A stretch of DNA of 64,000 nucleotides from Alphaproteobacteria bacterium. Its GTDB lineage: Bacteria; Pseudomonadota; Alphaproteobacteria; SP197. The DNA lies in contig CBDCEA010000004.1 of NCBI GenBank assembly GCA_965215635.1, positions 308,897 to 372,896 on the forward strand, in the 5' to 3' direction. The translations under genes were made by a program, and so were the position numbers. Every line of letters begins with the position of its first letter. Position 1 is the first letter of the stretch. This document shows positions 28,572-37,315 of the stretch, one piece after another. The notes below the pieces were generated by a model. That model had not been told where the DNA came from. It ran no database searches and saw only the letters and a program-made list of their open reading frames with translations.

Positions 28572-30599
28572 TCAGTTGAGGTCACGGGGAACGGTCCGGT
28601 CCCAGGTTCTGGCGAATACGCGCCGACCGTTCTCGAAGGCCTTGCAGTCGGCCTCGAAAATCCAGTCATCTGCGGTACAGGACAGCGACGAACGCGTTAC
28701 GGCCCTGACTTCGAAACCCGTCGATTCGCGCCGGAAACGCCACGTCCAGGCCATCGTGATGCGTGCCGATTCCGGATCGCCCTCGGTGATGTCGAAATGT
28801 TGTTCACAGCGTGCACCGAACGTCCAGTCGGTCTGCGGATCATGGACGAGGCCGTCGTCACGCAGGACCGAGGCCCGGGTCTCGCCTGAGACCTCCTTTT
28901 CGATCCAGCGGCGTTCGCTCGCAGGCTCGATGATCTGGACCTTCCATGGTTCGGTGCTCTCAGGCAGGGCGAATGGCGCCAGATTCGCATCATCGTCCCT
29001 GGGTCGACGCACGGGCAGGGTGAGCGTGCCGCCCTTGAGGGTCAGCGACACCGGTTCGGGTGACGGCCAGAAAATCGGCCACATGCTGTTGGAGAGCGCG
29101 AGGCGGATCCTGTGACCCGCCGAAAATTTGTGGGCGATGTCGTTCAGCTGGATGCGAACCCGGTACGTCCTGCCGGTTTCGAGCGGTTCGGGGTGTTCGT
29201 GACTGTCGCGGTGGGTGAGATTGAGCGCTCCATAGGTCACCCGGGTCGATGCACCATCAGGCGCGACGTCACAGAGTCTGGCGACCACAAAAGCGTTGGG
29301 TCGGTCCGACGCAATCTCGAGTTCCACAACCGGGGCACCCATGATCTCCAGGTCGACTTCTCCGGGTTTCGTCTCGAAAACGACTGAACAGCCGTCGTCT
29401 TCCCGCTGGTCGCCCGGGGCGTCGTGACCCATTCCGTACTGGCACCACTCGCCCTGGCCGAGCCCCATGGTGAGCGGCGAACGGATAATCAGGGGTTCCG
29501 TTGGTTTGCCGTCTCCGGCGAGCGTGCTGGAGTGGGCAAGCCGGAGCGGAAGGTCCTCGATCATCACGGATGGCCAGGACGCCTCGGCAACCCAGCGCCC
29601 GTCACGGCGTGCGCTCCATGTGGCGGGCCGGTGACTTTCCTGCATCCAGGCCCGGTACATGGGTTCGTCCATGATCCCGTTGTCGATGTCCTTGAGCCAG
29701 TAATCCCACCAGCGCAGCGTTTCCTGAAGAAAACCGATCCGCGGCCCAGGGTTGGCAAAATGCGGATACTTGTGCGCCCAGGGACCCACCAGACCTTTCC
29801 TGGGGCATGTGAGGCCTGCCAGCATGCGCGGCACGGCGTTCGAATATCCATCGGCCCAGCCTCCCACGGCGTAGACGGCGGCCGTGATGTCGCTGTAATT
29901 CTCGATAACGGAACCGTGTTTCCACTGTTCATCTCGGCGCTGGTGGCCCAGCCACTTGATCAGCCAGGGATCGTTTGCCTCGAGTCTCGCCAGCCACAGC
30001 TCGCGCCAGTTCTCGACAAGGGCCGGATCGGGCGGTCGCGTGTTCATTCCGAACATGGTGGAGGCCCAGGCCATCGAATCGTTGGTCATGACGCCACCCA
30101 TGTAGTGGATATCGTCGCTGTAGCGGTCGTCGGTCGACGCTATGGTGACGATGGCCTTGAGTTCGGGAGGGCGGCGGGCGGCGATCTGGAGACCGTTGAA
30201 GCCTCCCCATGAAATCCCGATCATGCCGCAGTTGCCGGTGCACCATTCCCGGGCAGCGATCCACGCAAGGACCTCGAGAGCGTCGTCCTGTTCGGACTTC
30301 AGATATTCATCCTCGAGAATGCCGCCAGATTCTCCGGATCCCCGGATGTCCACGCGCACAACGCAATAGCCGTGACCGGCATACCAGGGATGCGTCAGTT
30401 CGTCGCGTTCCCGGGTCCCTTCGCGCTTGCGGTAGGGAAGATATTCGAGAATGGCCGGCACCGGATTGCTGGCCGCATCCTTCGGAAGCCAGATCCGTGC
30501 CGCGAGCTTCGTGCCGTCCGACAACGGTATCCAGGTATTCTCGATGATCTCGATCTCGCGGGGAAAATCCTTCACCACAGTGATGTCGTCAGCCGCCAT
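28572..30599 (-). CDS. CocE/NonD-family hydrolase (S15 fold), 675 aa
   Basis: VDIRGSGESGG, GMIGISWGGF (nucleophile elbow GxSxG), ...YDEHH..., and the C-terminal jelly-roll domain. Immediately upstream of dppB. Confidence 0.8.
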   Translation of the reverse strand: MAADDITVVKDFPREIEIIENTWIPLSDGTKLAARIWLPKDAASNPVPAILEYLPYRKREGTRERDELTHPWYAGHGYCVVRVDIRGSGESGGILEDEYLKSEQDDALEVLAWIAAREWCTGNCGMIGISWGGFNGLQIAARRPPELKAIVTIASTDDRYSDDIHYMGGVMTNDSMAWASTMFGMNTRPPDPALVENWRELWLARLEANDPWLIKWLGHQRRDEQWKHGSVIENYSDITAAVYAVGGWADGYSNAVPRMLAGLTCPRKGLVGPWAHKYPHFANPGPRIGFLQETLRWWDYWLKDIDNGIMDEPMYRAWMQESHRPATWSARRDGRWVAEASWPSVMIEDLPLRLAHSSTLAGDGKPTEPLIIRSPLTMGLGQGEWCQYGMGHDAPGDQREDDGCSVVFETKPGEVDLEIMGAPVVELEIASDRPNAFVVARLCDVAPDGASTRVTYGALNLTHRDSHEHPEPLETGRTYRVRIQLNDIAHKFSAGHRIRLALSNSMWPIFWPSPEPVSLTLKGGTLTLPVRRPRDDDANLAPFALPESTEPWKVQIIEPASERRWIEKEVSGETRASVLRDDGLVHDPQTDWTFGARCEQHFDITEGDPESARITMAWTWRFRRESTGFEVRAVTRSSLSCTADDWIFEADCKAFENGRRVFARTWDRTVPRDLN

Positions 30600-30668
30600 G
30601 GCGAGATCCCTCCTCTACAGGGTTGATGATGATGCCCGGCCCTCGTCCGCCGTCAATGCCCGCGACGC

Positions 30669-31553
30669 CTATTCCGCGGCGCGTGCCGGCGCCGAAAGTT
30701 CGAGAACGGCCCGGGAAATTGCCAGGACCGCGGCTTCCAGCAACCGCACCGTAGGTTGCATTCCGTCCGTCCGTTCAAGGGAATTTTCGTCCAGGTAGAG
30801 CCTGCGGTTGAATTCGATCTGTATGGCGTGAATGCCTCTGGCGGGCTCGCCGTACCGCCGGGTGATATGGCCGCCGGGATAGGGATCGTTGCGGCGAACG
30901 ACGGCACCAAGAGATTCAAGGACATCCGATGCCGCGAGAGCGACCGGCAAAGCGCATGACGAGCCGAAGCGGTCGCCGAGCACGACATCGGGCATGCGGC
31001 TGTCGCCGTCATGGCCGGAAGAAGGCATGGAGTGGCAATCGATCAGACAGACCGTGCCGAAAAGTAGGCGGGTACCCTCGATCAGCCGGGCGAGTGTGTC
31101 GTGATAGGGAACATAACATCGGCTGATTCGCCGTTCGGCTTCTCCCGCCTGCAATCTGCCACGATAGATCTCCATTCCTCCGGCAACGACTCTCGGGATG
31201 ATTCCCAGGCCCGCCCTGACACGCGGACTGTCGCTCCTGACCCGGCATGTCAGCGTGCCCTCGAACATGCACGGATCGAGTTCGCAGGGCTCGCGATTGA
31301 CGTCGATCCAGGCCCGCGGAAAGAGCGCCCGCACCGTGGGACCGCCGAGCGCCGGCACGCCCGAGATCAGTTCGTCGACAAAGGCATCCTCGGAACGCCG
31401 GATGGCGAGACCGTCGAGCCGGATATCCTTGAGGAAATCCGGGTCGTAGTGTCGGCCGCTGTGCGGTGAGGACACCAGGACGGGCAGAGTCTGCCGCACC
31501 GGACAGTCAACCGCCAGAACGGGTGGTGTTCCAATATCGTTTGCGCGTGTCAC
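30669..31553 (-). CDS. N-formylglutamate amidohydrolase family (FGase/HutG-type, PF05013-like) protein, 294 aa
   Basis: SSPHSGRHYDPDF, CLIDCHSMPS and the overall length resemble FGase-family zinc amidohydrolases. Confidence 0.6.
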   Translation of the reverse strand: MTRANDIGTPPVLAVDCPVRQTLPVLVSSPHSGRHYDPDFLKDIRLDGLAIRRSEDAFVDELISGVPALGGPTVRALFPRAWIDVNREPCELDPCMFEGTLTCRVRSDSPRVRAGLGIIPRVVAGGMEIYRGRLQAGEAERRISRCYVPYHDTLARLIEGTRLLFGTVCLIDCHSMPSSGHDGDSRMPDVVLGDRFGSSCALPVALAASDVLESLGAVVRRNDPYPGGHITRRYGEPARGIHAIQIEFNRRLYLDENSLERTDGMQPTVRLLEAAVLAISRAVLELSAPARAAE

Positions 31554-31652
31554 GCGACCGGTTTAGATTAGCGTCATGATGATGTCACGCCTCAAGTGGC
31601 GAGTGGGCTTGCCAGTTTGCCGGATCGACCGGCCAGGGTGGACATAACGCCG

Positions 31653-32012
31653 ATGGCGCGCATTCTCCTGGTGGCACAGGACGATGTGCTTCGGGGGTAT
31701 CTCGCGAAAGTGTTGTTGCGTCAGGGACATGCGGTCTCGCCGATGAGTGGTGGCCGTGATGCCATCGCATGGCTCGTGCCGGGAGCCTTCAGGATCCTCA
31801 TCACCGAGGTGCAAATGGATGATATCGACGGACCGGAACTTGCAAGGCGCGTCGTTGCGGCCGTACCCGGCCTTCGTATCCTGTTCCTCGATGGTTTCGG
31901 CGTCCTGCCGCTCAAGGAGGGCGCACGGCCGACGCTGGATGAGGAATTCCTGCATCCCCGCTTCCACCTCAACCGTCTTGTCGACGAGATCGACAATCTT
32001 CTCGCTGCGTGA
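31653..32012 (+). CDS. single-domain response regulator (CheY-like receiver), 119 aa
   Basis: MARILLVAQDD (acidic pocket), ITEVQMDDIDG (phospho-acceptor Asp), and the ...LFLDGF... T/K-loop region. Stop overlaps the downstream gene region. Confidence 0.65.
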   Translation: MARILLVAQDDVLRGYLAKVLLRQGHAVSPMSGGRDAIAWLVPGAFRILITEVQMDDIDGPELARRVVAAVPGLRILFLDGFGVLPLKEGARPTLDEEFLHPRFHLNRLVDEIDNLLAA

Positions 32013-32032
32013 CCACGCCTGAGGGACACGCC

Positions 32033-33208
32033 ATGACGGAAAGCCAGGTGTTTTCGAGCATCGAACAGGCCATTCAGGATATCGCCCGGGGCAGACCGGT
32101 TGTCGTGGTGGATGACGAGCATCGCGAAAACGAGGGCGATCTCATCATGGCGGCGGACAAGGCAACGCCTCAGATGATCGGCTTCTTTGTTCGCCACACG
32201 GCGGGTGTCATCTGTGTTCCGATGGAAGGCGAACGGCTCGACGAGCTGGATCTGCCGCAGATGGTGCAGCACAACACGGAGCAGCACCGGACGGCATTCA
32301 CGGTCTCCGTCGACTACCGTTTCGGCACGACCACCGGGATTTCCGCGGTGGACCGCGCCAGGACCATTCTTGCCCTTGTGGGTGCCGGCGGAAACCGGGA
32401 TGTGACTTCGGCGAGCTTCGCGCGTCCCGGGCACATCTTCCCGTTGCGGGCACGTGAGGGCGGCGTCCTTACGCGTGCGGGACATACCGAAGCGGCCGTC
32501 GATCTGTCGCGCATGGCCGGCTGCTATCCCGCCGGCGTGATCTGCGAGATCGTCAATGACGACGGCACGATGATGCGCCTGCCGGAACTCGTGCCCTTCG
32601 CCCGTCACCACGGGCTTGCACTGATCTCCATTGCTGATCTGATCGCTTACAGGCGGCGCACCGAACGGCTCGTCACGCTCATTGGAAGAGCGCCATTCGA
32701 GACGAAGCACGACAGTTTCGAGGCTTTTATCTACCGCTCGCAGATCGACGACACGGAACATCTGGCTCTCGTCAAGGGAGACATCCGGTCCGAGGGCGAC
32801 GGGGTTCTTGTCCGTGTTCACGCGGCCAGCGCCATCGACGATGTCTTCGGTTCGGTCAGGGGCGCGGGCCGCAGTCTGGTCGACATCGCACTGGAGCGCC
32901 TTGCTTGCGAACCGGCCGCAGTCTTTCTCTATCTGCGTGGCCCGCAAGGGTGGGGGATCGGCCTCGGGCGCAGGAGAATCTACAGCGAACTCGATGCGGA
33001 CTGCAACGATGTCCTTCATGGGCTGGACTGGCGCCAGTACGGAACGGGTGCACAGATCCTCTACGATCTCGGGTTGCGCAACATCCGGATCCTCACCAAC
33101 AATCCCGCCCCATACCGGGCCATCGAAGGCTACGGGCTCACCATTCTGGACAAGGAACCATTCGTCGATACGAAGACCGGAGCGCCGGCTCTTTCACGCA
33201 CAGTCTGA
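32033..33208 (+). CDS. ribB: RibBX: 3,4-dihydroxy-2-butanone-4-phosphate synthase fused to a GTP-cyclohydrolase-II-like domain that lacks the zinc-binding cysteines
   Basis: The RibB domain is intact (VVVVDDEHRENEGDLIMAA...RPGHIFPL...GHTEAAVDL). The C-terminal domain aligns to RibA (YLRGPQGWGIGLGRR...ILTNNP) but has RVHAASAIDDVFGSVRGAGRS where RibA has the CxxC...C zinc site. ATG at 32033 with GAGGGA 7 nt upstream. Confidence 0.8.
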   Translation: MTESQVFSSIEQAIQDIARGRPVVVVDDEHRENEGDLIMAADKATPQMIGFFVRHTAGVICVPMEGERLDELDLPQMVQHNTEQHRTAFTVSVDYRFGTTTGISAVDRARTILALVGAGGNRDVTSASFARPGHIFPLRAREGGVLTRAGHTEAAVDLSRMAGCYPAGVICEIVNDDGTMMRLPELVPFARHHGLALISIADLIAYRRRTERLVTLIGRAPFETKHDSFEAFIYRSQIDDTEHLALVKGDIRSEGDGVLVRVHAASAIDDVFGSVRGAGRSLVDIALERLACEPAAVFLYLRGPQGWGIGLGRRRIYSELDADCNDVLHGLDWRQYGTGAQILYDLGLRNIRILTNNPAPYRAIEGYGLTILDKEPFVDTKTGAPALSRTV

Positions 33209-33216
33209 AGGCAGGA

Positions 33217-34279
33217 ATGCCGTTCACCTTGCGACGTGCCGTGCGGATGATGGCTCCGTATGCTTCCGGCGAAACCACCGGCGAGATGGTCCAGCCGGGC
33301 TTCAACGAATCGGGATTTCCTCCCAGTCCACGAGCGCTCGAGGCCGCACATCTCGCTACGGCCCGGGCCCGGACCTACTGTGATCATGACTACGGTGCGC
33401 TGAGGAGGGCGCTTGCGTGCCACTACGGCCTCGACGGGGACCGCATCGTCTGCGGCGCCGGCTCGATGGACATCATGGGACACCTGGTCCACTGCTGCCT
33501 GGGGCAGGCGCGCGCGCTGGTGACGGGACGCTATGGCTACAGCTTCCCCAGGACACTCACCGAAGCGGCAGGCGCCGGGATCATTCTCGTTGACGAGGAT
33601 TCGTTTACCCACGATGTCGATGAATTCCTGGGAGCCGTCACCCCGCACACCGCCATGGTCTACATCGCCAATCCGAACAATCCCACCGGCACGGCGGTCC
33701 CCATCAGCGACATTCGGCGCCTTGCGGACGGGCTCCCGGAGCATGTGCTCCTGATGCTCGACAGTGCCTATGCCGACTATGCCTCCGGCGAGAGCCTGGT
33801 GGACGAGGGATACAATGTCGTCGTTCTGCGCACGTTTTCCAAGATTCACGGACTGGCGGGCATGAGGGTAGGCTGGGCCTACGCGTCCCGGGACCTGGTC
33901 GATGCAGTCGGAAAGGTTCGGGCACAAAGCATCGTTTCGGTCCAGAGTCTGGCGGCTGCCATCGCTTCGCTCACCGATACCGACCATGTTCTGGGCGTAC
34001 GCAACCGGACCATCGACCTGCGCGAGCGTTTCTCGGCGCGCCTCATCGAACTAGGCTTGCGATCCCCGGCCCGGCGACGCCGACTTCCTGCTGGTCGGTC
34101 TGCCCGATGGTCTCGGCATGGATGCCGAAGAACTCTGTCAGCGGATCAAGGCGCGCGGCATCCCGCTGCGGCGGCTCGCAAACTTCGGCCTTGAACGGCA
34201 TCTGAGAATCACCATCGGCTCGCCCGAGGACATGGAAGTGCTCGATCATGCGTTAACGGATCTTCTTGCCGCCAGGTGA
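33217..34279 (+). CDS. class-II (HisC-like) pyridoxal-phosphate aminotransferase; apparent -1 frameshift near 34065-34080
   Basis: YIANPNNPTG, ...RTFSKIHGLAGMRVGW (the PLP-Lys is in SKIHG). After RLIELGLRS the frame-1 reading becomes Arg-rich nonsense. The next frame reads DADFLLVGLPDGLGMDAEELCQRIKARGIPLRRLANFGLERHLRITIGSPEDMEVLDHALTDLLAAR*, the normal HisC C-terminus. Homopolymer run gatccccggcccggcg at the break. Confidence 0.65.
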
Positions 34280-34342
34280 TGCTCGTGACTTTCAGGGTGT
34301 CATCCTGTGCGATACCTTGGCCGCACCAGAGAATTGGGAGAC

Positions 34343-35281
34343 ATGCCGATGGCTCGAAGTGACAAGATTATCATCACCTGCGCCGTGACCGGATCCATCC
34401 ATACGCCGACAATGAGTCCCTGGCTCCCGGTAACTCCCGATGAAATCGCCGAGGCATCGATCGGTGCATGGGAGGCCGGCGCGTCGATCATCCATCTCCA
34501 TGCCCGCAACCCCGATGGCAGCCCGACTCCAGACCCCGACGTCTTCATGCAGTTCCTGCCCCGGATCAAGCAGTCGACCGATGCCGTCGTCAACATTTCG
34601 ACCGGCGGTGGGCATGGCATGTCCCTCGAGGAGCGACTCGCCGGGGCACTGAGGGCAAGCCCCGAAATGACGTCTCTCAACATGGGGTCCATGAACTTCG
34701 GCCTCTATCCCATCCTCGACAAGATCAGCGAGTTTCGCCACGACTGGGAAAGACGGCACCTCGAGAATTCCCGGGACTTCATCTTCCGAAACACGTTCAA
34801 GGATATCGAGTACATTCTGAAGGAACTAGGTGAGGGGCATGGCGTGCGCTTCGAATTCGAATGCTACGATATCGGCCATCTCTACTCGCTGGCGCATTTC
34901 CTCGACAGGGGGCTCGTGAAGCCGCCGCTCTTCGTCCAGTCGATCTTCGGCATTCTGGGCGGGATCGGCGCCGACGAGGAGAACCTCATGCATGCCCGCA
35001 GAATCGCCGACAAGCTCTTCGGGGACGATTACCGGTGGTCGGTTCTCGCCGCCGGGCGCCATCAGATGAGCTTCGTCACCATGGCGGCGATGCTCGGCGG
35101 CAATGTCCGGGTCGGTCTCGAGGACAGCCTCTACATCGCCAAGGGTGAGCTCGCGAAATCCAACAGGGACCAGGTCGCCAAGATCCGTCGCATCATCGAG
35201 GATCTCTCTCTCGATGTGGCGACACCGGCAGAGGCCCGCGAGATGTTGGCGCTCAAGGGCGGTGACATGGTGAGCTTCTGA
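34343..35281 (+). CDS. kce: BKACE-family beta-keto acid cleavage enzyme (3-keto-5-aminohexanoate cleavage enzyme Kce-like, DUF849)
   Basis: DKIIITCAVTGSIHTP, ASIIHLHARNPDG and NISTGGG are the characteristic BKACE motifs. GGGAGA Shine-Dalgarno upstream. Confidence 0.75.
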   Translation: MPMARSDKIIITCAVTGSIHTPTMSPWLPVTPDEIAEASIGAWEAGASIIHLHARNPDGSPTPDPDVFMQFLPRIKQSTDAVVNISTGGGHGMSLEERLAGALRASPEMTSLNMGSMNFGLYPILDKISEFRHDWERRHLENSRDFIFRNTFKDIEYILKELGEGHGVRFEFECYDIGHLYSLAHFLDRGLVKPPLFVQSIFGILGGIGADEENLMHARRIADKLFGDDYRWSVLAAGRHQMSFVTMAAMLGGNVRVGLEDSLYIAKGELAKSNRDQVAKIRRIIEDLSLDVATPAEAREMLALKGGDMVSF

Positions 35282-35311
35282 ACCAGGCGACGGCTGCCTA
35301 GGAGTTTTCCG

Positions 35312-36105
35312 ATGGGTACACAGTATTCGGACAGGGTCGTCGAAGGCATGCAGGCACTCTACGGCAAGGGGTTTCTCTCGCCGGGAGGGTCCGATGAAAT
35401 GACGGTGCTTCTGGACGGTGTCGATCTCTCTCCGGCGACGCCGTTCTCGACGTCGGCTGCGGTCTGGGGGGCGCTGCGATCATGCTCGCCGGCGAGTTCG
35501 GGGCTCGCCATGTGACGTCGATCGATATCGCCGAGGATCTGGTGGCGCGGGCGACGGCCGCGGTACGTTCCACGGGCCTTGCCGAGCGCGTGAACGCGAT
35601 CCATGTTACCCCCGGACCTCTGCCGTTCGGCGATGCCGCATTCGATGTGGTGTTCGTCAAGGATGTCGTTTGCCACATCGAGGACAAGGAGGCGTTGTTC
35701 AACGAGGCGGCCAGGGTCCTGCGGCCAGGCGGGCGCGTGGTCTGCGCGGACTTCATCGGTCCGGACGGACAAGGAGAGCCGGTTCGCCTCTACAAAGGCT
35801 GGATCGATGCCATGAAAGCCTACGGCCTCACGTTTCATTTCGAACGGCTCGGCGTCTATCGCGAGGCATTTCGCCGGGCAGGCCTCGAGGATGTCATGAT
35901 TCGTGACGATACCGAGCGTTCCCTGAAGGCTGTCGAACGCGAGGTCGCATTCGTCACGGGCCCCGATGCAGGATCTCTCGAAGAAGCCCTGGGTGATGAG
36001 AAGTTCGCCCAGCGGATCGAAGCAAGCGCGAGGCGCCTCGAAGCCCTTGCCGGTGGTGGTATCTTCCACATGCACATGGTGGCCCGCCGTCCAGAATCGG
36101 CCTGA
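35312..36105 (+). CDS. SAM-dependent N-methyltransferase, phosphoethanolamine/glycine-sarcosine N-methyltransferase-like; apparent 1-nt deletion frameshift near 35430
   Basis: N-terminal YSDRVVEGMQALYGKGFLSPGG...LLDGVDLSP, then out of frame. The +1 frame continues GDAVLDVGCGLGGAAIMLAGEFGARHVTSIDI (motif I) ...VCHIEDKEALFNEAARVLRPGGRVV. AGGAG Shine-Dalgarno before the ATG at 35312. Confidence 0.65.
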
Positions 36106-36157
36106 CAAGATCACCGATGGCAGGCATGCTTCTCGTGCCAGTGAACGGGATATCGTC

Positions 36158-37237
36158 GTGGTTCTCCTGCGCCAGCTTTTCGACCCCCAGTCCTCGACAT
36201 ACACCTATCTCGTCGTCTGTCCCCAGGCACGGGAAGCGATCCTTATCGATCCGGTCTTTCACCAGGCGCGCCGCGACCGGGCACTCGTGAAGGAGCTCGA
36301 GTTCACTCTCGTGGCGACACTCGAGACTCATCTCCATGCCGATCATGTCACGGGGGCCTGGCTCCTGAAGCAGTCCCTGGGAAGCCGCATCATGCTGGCA
36401 AGGGCGGGAAACACGGAAGGTGCAGATCGCCTCCTTGTTCATGGCGACACGGTCAAGTTCGGCAACTGCAGTGTCGAGGTGCGCGCAACGCCGGGCCACA
36501 CGGCCAGCTGCCTTACCTATGTGCTCGATGACCGCTCCGCGGCGTTCACCGGCGATTGCCTGCTGGTTCGGGGATGCGGGCGCGTGGATTTCCAGGGCGG
36601 CAACGCCCGAAGGCTCTACCAGTCGGTCCATGAACAGATCTTCACGCTTCCCGACACGTGCCTCGTCTGGCCCGGACACGATTACCGGGGGTTGACTGTC
36701 AGCAGTGTCGGCGAGGAGCGCCGCCACAATCCCCGGCTTGGCGGCGATCTCTCGTGCGGCGATTTCTGCGGTTACATGGACAATCTTGGCCTGGCGCACC
36801 CCAGACAGATGGATGTTGCTGTTCCAGCCAACCTTCGTTGCGGCAGGCCCGATGGCGAGAACGTCGTCGACGAGTACCCGAATTGGGCGCCGCTCGATCT
36901 CAACTTCGCAGGTGTCTGGGAAATCGCACCGGAATGGGTCGAGGAGCATCTCGATTCGATCCAGGTCCTCGATGTCCGGGAAGAGCACGAGTACCGCGGG
37001 CCGCTCGGACACATCCCGGGTGCCATCCTCGTGCCGCTGGGCGAGCTGGTGGACCGCGTGGCAGAACTCGATCCGGCGAGGCCTCTTGTTGCCGTCTGCC
37101 GTGCAGGAGGACGTTCTGCCCGGGCGGTCAGCCTGTTGCGCCAGGAGGGCTTCTCGGAACTGGCCAATCTGCCCGGCGGCATGTTGCGCTGGCGGGCCAT
37201 GGACCTCGTGACCGAGTCCGAATGCGACGGTTTGTGA
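36158..37237 (+). CDS. persulfide dioxygenase (ETHE1-like MBL fold) fused to a C-terminal rhodanese domain
   Basis: MBL motif HLHADHVTG, ...ATPGHT..., ...GDCLLVRGCGRVDFQGGN.... The C-terminal domain has LVAVCRAGGRS (rhodanese active-site Cys loop). GTG start inferred from the conserved N-terminus (V)LLRQLFDPQSSTYTYL; start codon uncertain. Confidence 0.7.
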   Translation: MVLLRQLFDPQSSTYTYLVVCPQAREAILIDPVFHQARRDRALVKELEFTLVATLETHLHADHVTGAWLLKQSLGSRIMLARAGNTEGADRLLVHGDTVKFGNCSVEVRATPGHTASCLTYVLDDRSAAFTGDCLLVRGCGRVDFQGGNARRLYQSVHEQIFTLPDTCLVWPGHDYRGLTVSSVGEERRHNPRLGGDLSCGDFCGYMDNLGLAHPRQMDVAVPANLRCGRPDGENVVDEYPNWAPLDLNFAGVWEIAPEWVEEHLDSIQVLDVREEHEYRGPLGHIPGAILVPLGELVDRVAELDPARPLVAVCRAGGRSARAVSLLRQEGFSELANLPGGMLRWRAMDLVTESECDGL

Positions 37238-37315
37238 GCGGACCGGCAAAAGGGTTTGCCGGTACTGCAAACAGGGGGATCTGACATGATATCCTGATTT
37301 CTCGAATCGCAAGAG

